NCBI GenBank assembly: GCA_031406795.1
Contig: JANOHV010000118.1
Location: forward strand, 647 to 64,646
Direction: 5' to 3'
Length of the DNA: 64,000 nucleotides
Origin: Candidatus Rokuibacteriota bacterium
Lineage (GTDB): Bacteria; JAUVQV01; DATDCY01
The notes below the pieces were generated by a model. The model worked only from the letters and a program-made list of their open reading frames with translations. It made no database searches and was not told the DNA's origin. Each line of letters starts with the position of its first letter. Position 1 is the first letter of the stretch. Positions 37,614-49,173 of the stretch are shown here, in pieces. Position numbers and translations under genes: made by a program.

Positions 37614-38473
37614 GACTTTTTCACCACGAGCACCGGGCAGGGGGCGTCCCGGATCACCCGTTCGGCAGTGCTGCCGAGCAGCGCCTTGTCGACGCCGCGC
37701 CAGCCGCTGGTGCCCATCACCACGAGGTCATGAGCGTCTTTGCCGACCGATCTGGCGATCTCGTCGCCGCCGTGGCCCTCGCCGATCTGCGCCAGCGTGT
37801 CGATGCCGAGGGACCGTGCCAGCGCCCGTCCCTCACCGAGAATCCGCCCGGCCTCGCCGCGCAGGCTCTTCTCGACTTGGGGGGTGCGCATGAAGTCGAG
37901 CATCTCCTCGTAGCGGGGGATGACATACATGATGGTCACGGTTGCTGAATCCTGATGCGCCAGCGCGCAGGCCCGCTCCAGCGAGCGTCGGCTCTGCGCC
38001 GAGGCCTCGAAGGGCACCAGGATCGAGGTGTAGGCGCCACGGCAGGGCGCGCACGGTTTTTTCACGACGAGAACATCGACGCCGGAGTTCAGAATGACAT
38101 GGGAAGTCACGCTCCCCATCAGCAGCCGCGAGAGGCCCCGCCGGCCGTGCGTTCCCATCACGATGAGCTCCGCGCCCGTGCCGGCGGCCGCAGCCAGCAC
38201 CTCGTCGGGCGGGTCGCCTTCTCGATACAAGACCTGGGCCTCGATCCCCACATCGGTTTGGAGGCGAGCCTTCGCGGCGGAGCAGAACTCCTGCCCCTTG
38301 CGCAATCGCTGCTCGCGCATTTCGGGGGCGATGCCGAACTCTTCGGCATCGAAAAAGACCGCGTGCAGAATGGTCAGCGTCCCCTGGTGACGGCGCGTCC
38401 AGTGGGCGGCTTCGAGGAGCGCCGCCCGGCTGAATTCGGAATCGTCATAGGGTACGAGCAGATTCCGGTACAT
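37610..38473 (-). CDS. Tandem universal stress protein
   Basis: Long ORF trimmed to ATG 38473 (287 aa). LLVPYDDSE...LIVMGTHGRRGLSRLLMGSVTSHVILNSGVDVLVV and LVVMGTSGWRGVDKALLGSTAERVIRDAPCPVLVV. Confidence 0.88.
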   Translation of the reverse strand: MYRNLLVPYDDSEFSRAALLEAAHWTRRHQGTLTILHAVFFDAEEFGIAPEMREQRLRKGQEFCSAAKARLQTDVGIEAQVLYREGDPPDEVLAAAAGTGAELIVMGTHGRRGLSRLLMGSVTSHVILNSGVDVLVVKKPCAPCRGAYTSILVPFEASAQSRRSLERACALAHQDSATVTIMYVIPRYEEMLDFMRTPQVEKSLRGEAGRILGEGRALARSLGIDTLAQIGEGHGGDEIARSVGKDAHDLVVMGTSGWRGVDKALLGSTAERVIRDAPCPVLVVKKS

Positions 38474-38475
38474 TA

Positions 38476-39261
38476 TCAGTGCGCCCCCCCGCCCTTGCGG
38501 AAGATCAGGCCCACGCCGAACCCGGCGCCGAGGGCCATTGCGATGGAGAGCAGCCCGTAGAGGGCGCCGTTGTTCTTCGCCATCTTCGAGAGCGTCCGGA
38601 CGACGCCGACCTGTCTGACGTCGACCGGCTTGACGATCTTCTCGATCACCTTGCCGTCGCGCACCGCATACGCCGTGACGGTGTAGTCCCCCGGAGGCGC
38701 CTGGAAGGGCCAGTCGGTCTTGATGTAGTACCCCTGCTTGCCGTCCTTCGGCTCGGTCGTGATGGCGCCGACGGAACTGCCGTAGAGCTTCGAGTTCTCC
38801 TTGAATCGGATGAACTCGCCGACCCACTTCTCCCGGTCCTCCGCCGAGGCGACCGGCTCGAGCGCCAGGTGCTTGCCCAGCGCGCGGTACCCGAGGACCT
38901 CGCGATCGGCCTCCTCGGGCGTGAGAATCTGCTCGATCGGGCGGGTGCTGTAGACTTCGTAGAGATTTGGCGTCTTGTCGAAGTGCAGCGTCCCGACGTT
39001 CATCCAGAGCACGGCGGCGGTTTTCCCCTTCTCTTTCAGGGTCTCCTTGCCGTCCGGGCCGGCGATTTTGATAATCACGTCGGTGCCCGGTTCGGTCACG
39101 CCGCGGGCGCTGACGGTGCTGCCGTGGTAGAAGAAGTCGATCGTGATGTGGTCGTGGTTTGCGATCAGGGAGATTTCGGCGGCGGCGCGGCCCGCGCCGC
39201 AGAGCAGCAGCGCCGCGGCCAACGCTCCTGCGAACCACGATGAACAAACCGCAGGAGACAT
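38476..39261 (-). CDS. Secreted protein with C-terminal TM anchor (TIGR02186 / Alph_Pro_TM-like, TauE-associated)
   Basis: ORF 38476..39342 trimmed to ATG 39261, because the 5' part is REP-derived. It has a signal peptide, a beta-rich ~200-aa domain and a terminal helix LYGLLSIAMALGAGFGVGLIF. The family call is from memory. Confidence 0.55.
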   Translation of the reverse strand: MSPAVCSSWFAGALAAALLLCGAGRAAAEISLIANHDHITIDFFYHGSTVSARGVTEPGTDVIIKIAGPDGKETLKEKGKTAAVLWMNVGTLHFDKTPNLYEVYSTRPIEQILTPEEADREVLGYRALGKHLALEPVASAEDREKWVGEFIRFKENSKLYGSSVGAITTEPKDGKQGYYIKTDWPFQAPPGDYTVTAYAVRDGKVIEKIVKPVDVRQVGVVRTLSKMAKNNGALYGLLSIAMALGAGFGVGLIFRKGGGAH

Positions 39262-39283
39262 CCGGATACCTGAAATGCCGTGC

Positions 39284-39309
39284 GTAGGGGCGGGGTTCAT
39301 CCCCGCCCG
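39284..39309. repeat. REP-like GC hairpin GTAGGGGCGGGGTTCATCCCCGCCCG (copy 2)
   Basis: Identical to 5005..5030. It lies in the 77-bp gap between TauE and the downstream gene, preceded by an ATCCGGAT box. Confidence 0.85.
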
Positions 39310-39338
39310 AACGGGGAATAATCTCGTCCGATTCATGA

Positions 39339-40256
39339 TCAATGTCCTCCTGCCTGTGCCAGAAGCAATGACGGGGTGAGGGTGAGGTCGAAGACGATCT
39401 TGATGGTCACCGCCAGCACGATGCTCGCGAGAATGACCTTGAGCTGCTCCCCCTTGAGTTTCCTGCCGAAGACCGCGCCGACCTGGGCGCCAACCGTGGA
39501 GCCGAGCAGCAGCAGCACCGCGAGGATGAAGTCCACGCTGTGGTTGGTGTAGGCCTGCAGGAACGTGACCTCGATGCAGTTGAAGAGGATCTGGAAAAGA
39601 CTCGTGCCGACCACGACGTGCATCGGCATCCGCAGGATGTAGACCATCACCGGGACCATCAGGAAGCCGCCGCCGACGCCCATCACCGCGGCGAGGATGC
39701 CGACGAAGCCGCCGAAGAGGATCGGCACCAGCATCGAGTGCGTGACGTCGGACTTCGTGTACTCGGTCTGCAGCGGCAGGGACTTGAGGAAGCGGGTGAA
39801 GGCGGAATCCGGCTTGTCCTCGGTCTTTTCGGCGGTCTTCTTGCGCATGCTCTGGATGCTCTCGATGAACATGTAGGTGCCAACGCCCCCGAGCATCAGC
39901 ACGTAGGTCATCTTGATCACGAAATCCGCGTTGCCCATCGCGTGCAGGTACTTGATCCCCTGGACGCCGAGCAGCCCGCCGACGAAGCCGCCGATCAGCA
40001 GGTGCCAGCCCATCTTGAAGTCGACGTTGCCGACTCTCCAGTGGGCGTAGGTGCCCGAAGTCGACGCGGCGACGATCTGGTTCGAGTCCGTCGCGGCCGC
40101 CACCGTCGCGGGGATGCCGAACATGATCAGCAGCGGGGTCATCAGGAAGCCGCCGCCGACGCCGAAGAGCCCCGAGAGCAGGCCGACGGCGAGGCCGAGG
40201 CCCACGGGGATCAGGACGTTGATGCTTGTCAGTGCCACCGGAAGATACAAATACAT
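39339..40256 (-). CDS. TauE/SafE (TSUP) family permease
   Basis: 305 aa. GLLSGLFGVGGGFLMTPLLIMFG and ILAAVMGVGGGFLMVPVMVYIL form the duplicated TSUP signature. Confidence 0.9.
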   Translation of the reverse strand: MYLYLPVALTSINVLIPVGLGLAVGLLSGLFGVGGGFLMTPLLIMFGIPATVAAATDSNQIVAASTSGTYAHWRVGNVDFKMGWHLLIGGFVGGLLGVQGIKYLHAMGNADFVIKMTYVLMLGGVGTYMFIESIQSMRKKTAEKTEDKPDSAFTRFLKSLPLQTEYTKSDVTHSMLVPILFGGFVGILAAVMGVGGGFLMVPVMVYILRMPMHVVVGTSLFQILFNCIEVTFLQAYTNHSVDFILAVLLLLGSTVGAQVGAVFGRKLKGEQLKVILASIVLAVTIKIVFDLTLTPSLLLAQAGGH

Positions 40257-40280
40257 GTTCTCGTCCCCTCCTCTGCCGCT

Positions 40281-40754
40281 TTAGGCGATCTGCAGCTGGT
40301 TGCGCGCGATGGTCACGACCGGACGGGAGGCGGTGCGCACGAGGCGCTGCAGTTCCTTGGCGGAAACATTGCCGTCGCGCGTAATGCTGGGACTCAGAAT
40401 CACCATGTCAACGGCCCGGCTGTTGCGCAGCGCGTTGCTGATGGCGGGGACCAGATCGCCGTGCGCGGTCGTCATGCCGGCCTCCATGCCCATGCTCCGG
40501 CACTGCTCGACCATCCCCGGGTGGACCTCCAGACCCTCGGAACTGCGCGCTAATTCCGTCGCCGTTTCGTGCTCGTTCTCCTCGGCGAATGCAACGGCCG
40601 ACATCAAGTCCTCGAACCGTTGTCCAAGCCTCTTGGCCTTGACCACGAGGATGGTCAGCCCTTCCTGAAGCGTTTTCGCCAAGTCGACGGCGTAGGCCAG
40701 CCCATCGTCGCTGCTTTCGTTCTGACAGGTGACAAACAGCAGGTGTTTTTTCAC
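40281..40754 (-). CDS. USP-like protein carrying internal AFAE motif
   Basis: 157 aa, GTG start. HLLFVTCQNESSDDGLAYAVDLA...VDMVILSPS...RPVVTIAR (USP-like fold pattern), with the insert RFEDLMSAVAFAEENEHETATEL. Confidence 0.65.
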   Translation of the reverse strand: MKKHLLFVTCQNESSDDGLAYAVDLAKTLQEGLTILVVKAKRLGQRFEDLMSAVAFAEENEHETATELARSSEGLEVHPGMVEQCRSMGMEAGMTTAHGDLVPAISNALRNSRAVDMVILSPSITRDGNVSAKELQRLVRTASRPVVTIARNQLQIA

Positions 40755-40791
40755 TTTTCAGTCCCCCATAGATTGTATTGCCTAGAGGGAT

Positions 40792-40808
40792 AGCATTTTC
40801 GGTGCCAA
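40792..40808 (-). promoter_or_regulatory. Sigma-54 (-24/-12) promoter
   Basis: The minus strand reads TTGGCACCGAAAATGCT (TGGCAC-N5-ATGCT) in the canonical register, about 39 nt upstream of GTG 40754. An AT-rich tract lies further upstream. Confidence 0.75.
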
Positions 40809-40858
40809 TTGCTAACTAATTGAAATGTAACAAAAATATATCAACGGTGCCGGCATGC

Positions 40859-40873
40859 GTTCATAATATGAAC
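40859..40873. promoter_or_regulatory. Perfect 7+7 palindrome GTTCATA-A-TATGAAC (candidate bEBP/regulator site)
   Basis: About 55-65 bp upstream of the -24 element, separated from it by an A/T-rich, IHF-like tract. Confidence 0.4.
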
Positions 40874-41044
40874 ACCTGTCGGCTCATCTGCGGGCGGCTC
40901 GGCCGAGGGGCGAAGCGCTAATGCATTGAAAGGAAAGGATTATTTAACGAAGGCGGAGAAAGAAGTCCGACGGAGGTTGTTTTGTTTAGAATATGGACAG
41001 TGCGAACACAGGGAGAAGCCAGCGCGCAGAAGCGGACCCCTGCG

Positions 41045-42982
<1,938 letters not shown>

Positions 42983-43050
42983 GTATCGACCTCCGAAATG
43001 AGTATAGCAGGCAAATGGAAGGGAACTCGTAACCCTTGAGCGCTTCCTGG

Positions 43051-43104
43051 GCGAAGGGGTGGCGCGAAGGGGTGGTCTCCGTCGGCGGACCGCAGGGAGC
43101 TACT
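43051..43104 (+). repeat. Repeat R1, truncated copy C (5' half)
   Basis: GCGAAGGGGTGGCGCGAAGGGGTGGTCTCCGTCGGCGGACCGCAGGGAGCTAC aligns with the first ~55 nt of 5180..5297. It lies between the RR stop (43100) and the ftsH start. Confidence 0.75.
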
Positions 43105-44431
43105 CCTCCTTGAGAATCTTCCACAGGCTGGTCCGCGAGATGCCGAGGGCCGCGGAGGCCTTCGAGCGGTTGCCGCCGAGGAGTCTCACAACTCTCTCAG
43201 CATACTCCTTGACGACGGCATCGATCGGCAGGATCTTCTCCGGGTCGATGGTGTCGATCTGCAGCATTCGAATCGTGCGCGGCAGGCTTTCCGGTGCGAT
43301 GCGCCCGCCCTTCTCCAGGATGATCGCCCGCTCGATGATGTTCTCCAGCTCCCGGACGTTCCCGGGGAAACTGTAGTGATGGAAGAATTCCATGACCTCC
43401 TCCGTGAAGCCGGCGATCTTCTTGCGCGAACGGGGCAGATGCTTGTCGAGGAGGAACTGTGCGAGCGGCGCGAGATCCTCGGCGCGCTCGCGCAGAGGCG
43501 GGATGGCGATTTCCATGACGTTGAGCCGATAGTAGAGATCTTCCCGGAAACGCCCCTCCGCGATCATCTTGCGCACGTTCTGGTTGGTCGCCGCGATGAA
43601 CCGCACGTCGACGACCACCGGGCGGGTGGCGCCGACACGGTAGAATTCTCCCTCCTCGACGACCTTGAGCAGTTTCGCCTGAAGGTTGGTCGGCAGCTCT
43701 GCGATCTCGTCAAGGAAAAGGGTGCCGGTGTCGGCAATCTCCACCAGCCCGGGCTTGGCCGCGACGGCGCCGGTGAAGGCGCCTTTCTCATAGCCGAAGA
43801 GCTCGCTTGCGAGAAGGTCTTCGGTGAAGGTCGCGCAGTTCATCGACAGGAACGGCATCTGCCGCCGCCGGCCGCTGAAGTGGATGGCCTTTGCGATCAG
43901 GCTCTTGCCAACGCCCGTCTCGCCCGTGAGCAGGATGTTGACGTCGGAGTCCTTGAGTTCCCCCACCATGTCGAGGATGTGAACCATGCCCGGGCTCCGC
44001 GCGATGATCGAAATCTTCTTGTCCAGCCCCGCGAACGTGCGCAGGGCGGCGTGCTCCCGCTTCAGGGTCTTCTGTTGCGCGATCTTGCCGACCTTGAGCA
44101 GCAGTTCGTCGAGGTCGAAGGGCTTGGTGACGTAGTCGCTGGCGCCCCGGCGCATTGCGTCGACAGCGGCGCTGATGCTGCCGTAGCCGGTGATCAGAAT
44201 CACCTCGGTCTGCGGGTGCTGTTCGCGGATTGTCTCGAGCAGTTCGAGCCCGGTGCGGCCGGGCATCTTGATGTCGCTGATCACCAGGTCGAAGGTGCCT
44301 TGTTCGAAGCGCCGCAGCGCTTCGGCGCCGTCGGCGGCGCCGACGACCCGATACCCTTCCTCGGCGAGGGTTTCCAAAATGTTGTTGAGCGTGATCTGCT
44401 CGTCCTCGGCGACAAGAATCCGCAAGGCCAT
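43100..44431 (-). CDS. Sigma-54-dependent response regulator (NtrC family)
   Basis: ORF trimmed to ATG 44431. REC ILVAEDE / [13 protein letters not shown]+ [37 protein letters not shown]. Confidence 0.9.
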   Translation of the reverse strand: MALRILVAEDEQITLNNILETLAEEGYRVVGAADGAEALRRFEQGTFDLVISDIKMPGRTGLELLETIREQHPQTEVILITGYGSISAAVDAMRRGASDYVTKPFDLDELLLKVGKIAQQKTLKREHAALRTFAGLDKKISIIARSPGMVHILDMVGELKDSDVNILLTGETGVGKSLIAKAIHFSGRRRQMPFLSMNCATFTEDLLASELFGYEKGAFTGAVAAKPGLVEIADTGTLFLDEIAELPTNLQAKLLKVVEEGEFYRVGATRPVVVDVRFIAATNQNVRKMIAEGRFREDLYYRLNVMEIAIPPLRERAEDLAPLAQFLLDKHLPRSRKKIAGFTEEVMEFFHHYSFPGNVRELENIIERAIILEKGGRIAPESLPRTIRMLQIDTIDPEKILPIDAVVKEYAERVVRLLGGNRSKASAALGISRTSLWKILKEE

Positions 44432-44447
44432 GCCAGTGCCCCCTCTG

Positions 44448-46028
44448 TCAGACGGCGCGACAGGAGCCGGCGGCCCCACCCGCCGGCCCGCCCGTCGGCA
44501 GGGCGATGACGAAGGTCGTCCCAACCCCGTCGGCGATCTCGGCCCGGATCGAGCCGCCGTGCTTCTGGATGATGTTGAACACAATAGCCAGGCCGAGGCC
44601 GGTCCCCTTGTCCTTGGTCGTGAAGAATGGCTCGAACATCTTTTCGAGAGTCTCGCGGGACATTCCGTCGCCGGTGTCCGATACCCGGATCACCACGCGG
44701 CCATCCTCCTCGTCGGCGTGGATGGTCAGTTCGCCGGCCCCCGCCATGGCATCGACCGCGTTGGCGAAGAGGTTCAGGAAGACCTGCTCGAGCTGTTCGG
44801 GATCGACGCAGACGATGATCTCCGCCGGGATCAGGGTGAGCTGCAGCCGGACCCGGCCGACGTCGCGGGCGCGCTCGAGCCGGGCCCAGGCGCCGCCGAC
44901 CAGGCCCCGCAGTTCGACGAAGCGCATGCTCGGCTCGCGACCGCGCGCGAATCCGAGAAGGTCGCTGACGATGGTCTTGACGCGCATCGTCTCGCCGAAG
45001 ATGTCGTTCAGCCCCCGTTTGAGGAATTCCGGGCCGGAGTCGCCGGATTTTTTCAATAGCCGCTGCGCGGTGGTGTAGATGTTGCTCAGCGGGTTGTTCA
45101 ATTCATGGGCGACGCCGGCGGCCAGGGTCCCGATCGCGGCCAGCTTCTTGCTCTGGAGCAGCTCCTTCTCCCGGGCCAGGAGTTGCTCCTCCATGATGTT
45201 GAACGTGCGGATCAGCGTCTCGACCTCGTCGGCGCGACCGGCGCCTGCGGCGACGGGCAGCGGTGCGAAGTGCCCGGCCCCGGTCCTCTCGACGACCGCG
45301 GTCAACAGCCGCAGACGCTGGACGACGCTTCCGGTGATATAGAGCAGGGTGCCGAAGCCGACCACGATGAAAAGGGGGAAGACGACGAGGATGGCGGTGC
45401 GCGAAACGGCGATGGATCTCTCGACGCGCGCACGGGCGTCCTTGTCGATCGCCTCGGTCGCCCCAAGGATGATCTCGCCGCTTCTGCGCAGCGCGGCGAT
45501 GCTCGCCTCAAGTTCGCGCAGCACGGCGATGAACCGCCGGTCCCGGCCCATCCCGAGGGACTGCTGCAGGTAGTTCTGACTCACGAGGGGTTTGTCCAAG
45601 AGGTTGGCTTCGATCAGATCGCTGACGCGGGCGTACGCCGGGTCGGGCTTGAGGGCCGCGGACTCGTCGAGCGCCTCGTCCAAGAGCGCAGCGATGCCGC
45701 CGAAGTGCTCGCGATACACGGCGAGTTGGGCGCGAAGGTCCGGCACTTGAGTCGAGCGGTCGGCAGGGATGCCGACGAGAATCTGCTCCAGGTCGGCGAT
45801 GGTTTCGTGGATCGCGCGGGCCTCGCCCTGCTGGTTGGAGACGTAGAGCAGGAAGTTCTTCTCGAGACGGCGCAGCTGCAGCGATCTGCTGCGGATGGTG
45901 TCGGCCAACTCGAGGAAGACCGTCTCCTTCTTGATCTCGACGAAGTTCAAGTAGAGGAACGCGGACAAAAGCGCGATAATGAAGGCGCTGAGGAGGAAGC
46001 TCAGCACGATCTTCTTCTTGAGAGACAT
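44448..46028 (-). CDS. Two-TM HAMP histidine kinase, paralogue of 16815..18269
   Basis: 526 aa. The periplasmic helical domain has [11 protein letters not shown] (compare IRRFEKNYFLY). H-box [14 protein letters not shown] is identical in both kinases. N-box [11 protein letters not shown]1 DTGDGM, G2 GTGLGL. Confidence 0.9.
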   Translation of the reverse strand: MSLKKKIVLSFLLSAFIIALLSAFLYLNFVEIKKETVFLELADTIRSRSLQLRRLEKNFLLYVSNQQGEARAIHETIADLEQILVGIPADRSTQVPDLRAQLAVYREHFGGIAALLDEALDESAALKPDPAYARVSDLIEANLLDKPLVSQNYLQQSLGMGRDRRFIAVLRELEASIAALRRSGEIILGATEAIDKDARARVERSIAVSRTAILVVFPLFIVVGFGTLLYITGSVVQRLRLLTAVVERTGAGHFAPLPVAAGAGRADEVETLIRTFNIMEEQLLAREKELLQSKKLAAIGTLAAGVAHELNNPLSNIYTTAQRLLKKSGDSGPEFLKRGLNDIFGETMRVKTIVSDLLGFARGREPSMRFVELRGLVGGAWARLERARDVGRVRLQLTLIPAEIIVCVDPEQLEQVFLNLFANAVDAMAGAGELTIHADEEDGRVVIRVSDTGDGMSRETLEKMFEPFFTTKDKGTGLGLAIVFNIIQKHGGSIRAEIADGVGTTFVIALPTGGPAGGAAGSCRAV

Positions 46029-46064
46029 GGGACCATACTAGCACCAGAAAGCACGAAGACGGGT

Positions 46065-47855
46065 ATGCGGCGGGGGCACGAAAGACAGAGCGCCGGCGGG
46101 CAACCCGGTTCCGACTGGGGGCGCCTGCTGCCATTTCTGCGCTGGCGGACGCTGATCACCGCCCGCAGCACGCGCGCCGACCTTCTGGCCGGTCTCACCG
46201 GAGCAGTCATCGTGCTGCCGCAGGGGGTGGCGTTCGCGATGATCGCCGGTCTGCCCCCGGAATACGGGCTGTACAGCGCGATCGTGCCGGCCATGGTCGC
46301 GGCGCTCTTCGGCTCCTCACACCACCTGATCTCGGGGCCGACGACCGCGATCTCCATCGTCGTTTTCACCACGGTCGGCCCGTTCGCCGAGCCCGGGAGC
46401 GCCGAGTACATCCGGATGGTACTGACGCTGACGCTGATTGCCGGCGCCTTCCAGCTCGCGCTGGGGCTGGCCCGGCTCGGCGCCATGGTGAACTTCATCT
46501 CCCACTCGGTGGTGGTCGGGTTCACCGCCGGCGCGGCGCTGCTCATCGCAACGAGCCAGGTGAGCACGTTCCTCGGCATCCCGGCGACGAAGCAGCACGC
46601 GTTCGTCCACATCTGGGAGCACATCTTCCGGCATTTGCCGGAGGCCAACCCCACGGTGCTCGCAGTCTCCGCGGTGACGCTGGCCACGGCGGTGCTCTTC
46701 AAGATCTTCCTGCCGCGGCTCCCGGGCCTGCTGCTGGCGATGATCGCGGGCAGCCTCGCTGCTGCGGCGCTCCACGGCGGCGAGCACGGTGTGCGGCTCG
46801 TCGGGTCGCTGCCGGGCCGCCTGCCGCCGCTGTCGTGGCCCGACCTTTCGACGGCCGCGGTGCGCAACCTGGCGCCGGGCGCGTTGGCCATCGCCATGCT
46901 CGGGCTCGTCGAGGCGGTGTCGATCGCGCGCTCCGTCGCGACGCGGTCGCACCAGCGCATCGACAGCAACCAGGAGTTCGTCGGACAGGGACTATCGAAC
47001 GTGGTCGGCAGTTTCTTCTCCAGCTACGCTTCCTCGGGATCCTTCACCCGCTCGGGGCTCAATTTCGCCGTCGGGGCACAGACCCCGATGGCGGCGGTGT
47101 ACGCGGCCCTCGCTCTGGGCGCCGTCCTGGTGCTGATCGCGCCGCTGACGGCCTACCTGCCGCTGGCCTCCATGGCCGCGGTGCTGCTCGTCGTGGCTGC
47201 GGGGCTCGTGGACCGGCACCACATCCGCGCGATCGCGAAAACCAGCCGCCCGGAGGCCGTGGTCCTCGCGGTCACCTTCGTGACAACGCTCGTCGCGGAG
47301 CTGGAGTTCGCGATCTACGTCGGCGTCATCCTGTCGCTGGTGCTTTACCTCAACCGGACCTCGCACCCGCGCTTCATCACCCTGGTCCCCGACCCCGAGC
47401 GCAACCGCAAGGCGTTCGTGAATATCCGGAAGAAGCCCTCCCCGGAGTGCCCGCAACTCAAGATCGTGAGGATCGACGGTTCGGTGTTCTTCGGCGCCGT
47501 CAACCACGTCGTCGAAAGCCTCGACGTCATCACCCGCGAGAACCCGGAGCAGGCGCACATCCTGATCGTCGGCGGCGGCATCAACTTCATCGACGTCGCC
47601 GGCTGCGAAATGTTCGCCGAGGAGGCGCGGCGCCTGCGCCTGGAGGGCAGGGTGCTCTACCTCTGTTCGCTCAAGGGGGAGGTGCTCGACGTCCTGAAGC
47701 GCGGGGGCTGCGTCGGGCACGTGGGCGGGGAGAACCTCTTCCGGTCCAAGTCGGAGGCGGTGCGCAAACTGGTGCTGACCCGCCTGGATCCGGAGCGCTG
47801 CCGCGTCTGCCGCGTGCGGATCTTCAACGAGTGCTCCCGGATGCCGGGCGCGTAG
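46065..47855 (+). CDS. SulP-family anion transporter with C-terminal STAS domain
   Basis: Long ORF 45105..47855 trimmed to ATG 46065. ADLLAGLTGAVIVLPQGVAFAMIAGLPPEYGLYSAIVPAMV is the SulP signature. The C-terminal LKIVRIDGSVFFGAV...LYLCSLKGEV is STAS. Confidence 0.9.
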   Translation: MRRGHERQSAGGQPGSDWGRLLPFLRWRTLITARSTRADLLAGLTGAVIVLPQGVAFAMIAGLPPEYGLYSAIVPAMVAALFGSSHHLISGPTTAISIVVFTTVGPFAEPGSAEYIRMVLTLTLIAGAFQLALGLARLGAMVNFISHSVVVGFTAGAALLIATSQVSTFLGIPATKQHAFVHIWEHIFRHLPEANPTVLAVSAVTLATAVLFKIFLPRLPGLLLAMIAGSLAAAALHGGEHGVRLVGSLPGRLPPLSWPDLSTAAVRNLAPGALAIAMLGLVEAVSIARSVATRSHQRIDSNQEFVGQGLSNVVGSFFSSYASSGSFTRSGLNFAVGAQTPMAAVYAALALGAVLVLIAPLTAYLPLASMAAVLLVVAAGLVDRHHIRAIAKTSRPEAVVLAVTFVTTLVAELEFAIYVGVILSLVLYLNRTSHPRFITLVPDPERNRKAFVNIRKKPSPECPQLKIVRIDGSVFFGAVNHVVESLDVITRENPEQAHILIVGGGINFIDVAGCEMFAEEARRLRLEGRVLYLCSLKGEVLDVLKRGGCVGHVGGENLFRSKSEAVRKLVLTRLDPERCRVCRVRIFNECSRMPGA

Positions 47856-47857
47856 CG

Positions 47858-47925
47858 GGCCGCTGAAAAAGGGCCCATCTGCGGCGCGCCTTGCGCCTGG
47901 ACCTCGTTGATCAGCCTGCCCGTTG
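47858..47925 (+). repeat. Dispersed repeat R3, short form (copy b)
   Basis: GGCCGCTGAAAAAGGGCCCATCTGCGGCG joined directly to CGCCTTGCGCCTGGACCTCGTTGATCAGCCTGCCCGTT. Both termini match the long copies, and the internal ~70 nt are missing. Confidence 0.8.
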
Positions 47926-47930
47926 AAGGA

Positions 47931-48704
47931 CTAGCGCGCCTTCCAGATGGCCGGCCGTTTCTCGGCGAAAGCCCGCGGGCCTTCGGCTGCGTCTTCACTT
48001 GCCGCGATCCGCGCCCAGGCCGCGTCGTTGCGCGCCTGCAGCTGCTCCTCGGGCAGGGAGAACAATCCGCGGGCGAGCGCCAGAGTCTCGCGAACGGCGA
48101 GCGGCGCGTTGGCGCAGATGCGCCGGGCCAGGTCGCGCGCGGCTTCGAGAAGAGTTCCGGGGGGCACGACCTGGTTGATCAGCCCCAGCTCGTGGGCGAC
48201 GCGGGCGTCGATGACATCGCCGGTGAGCAGCAATTCAAGGGCCCGGGCGCGGGGGATCATCCGCGGCAGGCGCAGCGCGCCGCCCGAGGCGGAGAAGAGA
48301 CCGCGCTTGACCTCGGGCAGGCCGAAGACCGCGCCTTCGACGGCCACGACAAGATCGCAGGAGAGCACGATTTCGCACCCGCCCCCGAGCGCCGCTCCGT
48401 TGACGGCGGCGATCACCGGCTTGGTGCGCGCAACGTGGGTGAAGCCGGCGAAGCCGCCGGGTCCCTCGAGGATCGACGGGCCTTCCCCCGCGGCGAAGGC
48501 CTTCAGGTCCATGCCGGCGCAGAACGCCCGGTCGCCGCTGCCGGTGAGAATTGCGACGAGAGCCGCGGGGTCGGCTTCGAACCGGGCCGTCGCCGCGCTG
48601 AGCGCGCGGGTCATCGCCGCGTCGATCGCATTGCGCTGCGCGGGGCGATCGAGGCTGATGGTGGCGATGCGGTCGGCGATTTCGTAACGTACGGTGTGCG
48701 ACAT
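47931..48704 (-). CDS. Enoyl-CoA hydratase/isomerase (crotonase) family protein
   Basis: 257 aa. ITLDRPAQRNAI...FCAGMDLK...PVIAAVNGAALGGGCEI is the crotonase oxyanion-hole pattern. Confidence 0.9.
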   Translation of the reverse strand: MSHTVRYEIADRIATISLDRPAQRNAIDAAMTRALSAATARFEADPAALVAILTGSGDRAFCAGMDLKAFAAGEGPSILEGPGGFAGFTHVARTKPVIAAVNGAALGGGCEIVLSCDLVVAVEGAVFGLPEVKRGLFSASGGALRLPRMIPRARALELLLTGDVIDARVAHELGLINQVVPPGTLLEAARDLARRICANAPLAVRETLALARGLFSLPEEQLQARNDAAWARIAASEDAAEGPRAFAEKRPAIWKAR

Positions 48705-48728
48705 CGGTCTGGCTCTCCCCGCGCGCTG

Positions 48729-49154
48729 TCAGGCTGTTGCCGGCGGCGGCGCGAGCTTCTCTCGGAGTTCCCGATTCTCGCGCTGCAGCGCCGACCAGGC
48801 CAGGGCGCGTTCGATGCCGAGGACGATCTGTTCCTTCCTGAAGGGCTTCAGGATGAAGTCGAAAACGCCCTTCTCGCGCGTCTCGGCCGCCGCTTCCTCG
48901 GTGCCGTAGGCGGTGATGATGATCACGGGGATCTCGGAGAAGGCCCGGATCGCCTCGAGCAGCTCGCTGCCGTCGAGACCAGGCATCTTCAGGTCGGCGA
49001 TCACCAGATCGATGCCGCCGCGGCGCACGATCTGGACGGCTTCGACCGGGTTGTTCGTGGTCTCGATCGTGTGCGGCGTCTTGTCGCGGATGATCATCGC
49101 GAGCAGTTTGAGCATCCCGGGTTCGTCGTCCACGGCCAATATGCGTGCCGGCAT
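48729..49154 (-). CDS. Receiver-only response regulator
   Basis: 141 aa. ILAVDDE / LVIADLKMPG / IIITAY / ILKPF. Confidence 0.88.
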   Translation of the reverse strand: MPARILAVDDEPGMLKLLAMIIRDKTPHTIETTNNPVEAVQIVRRGGIDLVIADLKMPGLDGSELLEAIRAFSEIPVIIITAYGTEEAAAETREKGVFDFILKPFRKEQIVLGIERALAWSALQRENRELREKLAPPPATA

Positions 49155-49173
49155 CCTGTCGCCTCCCTTTCCC

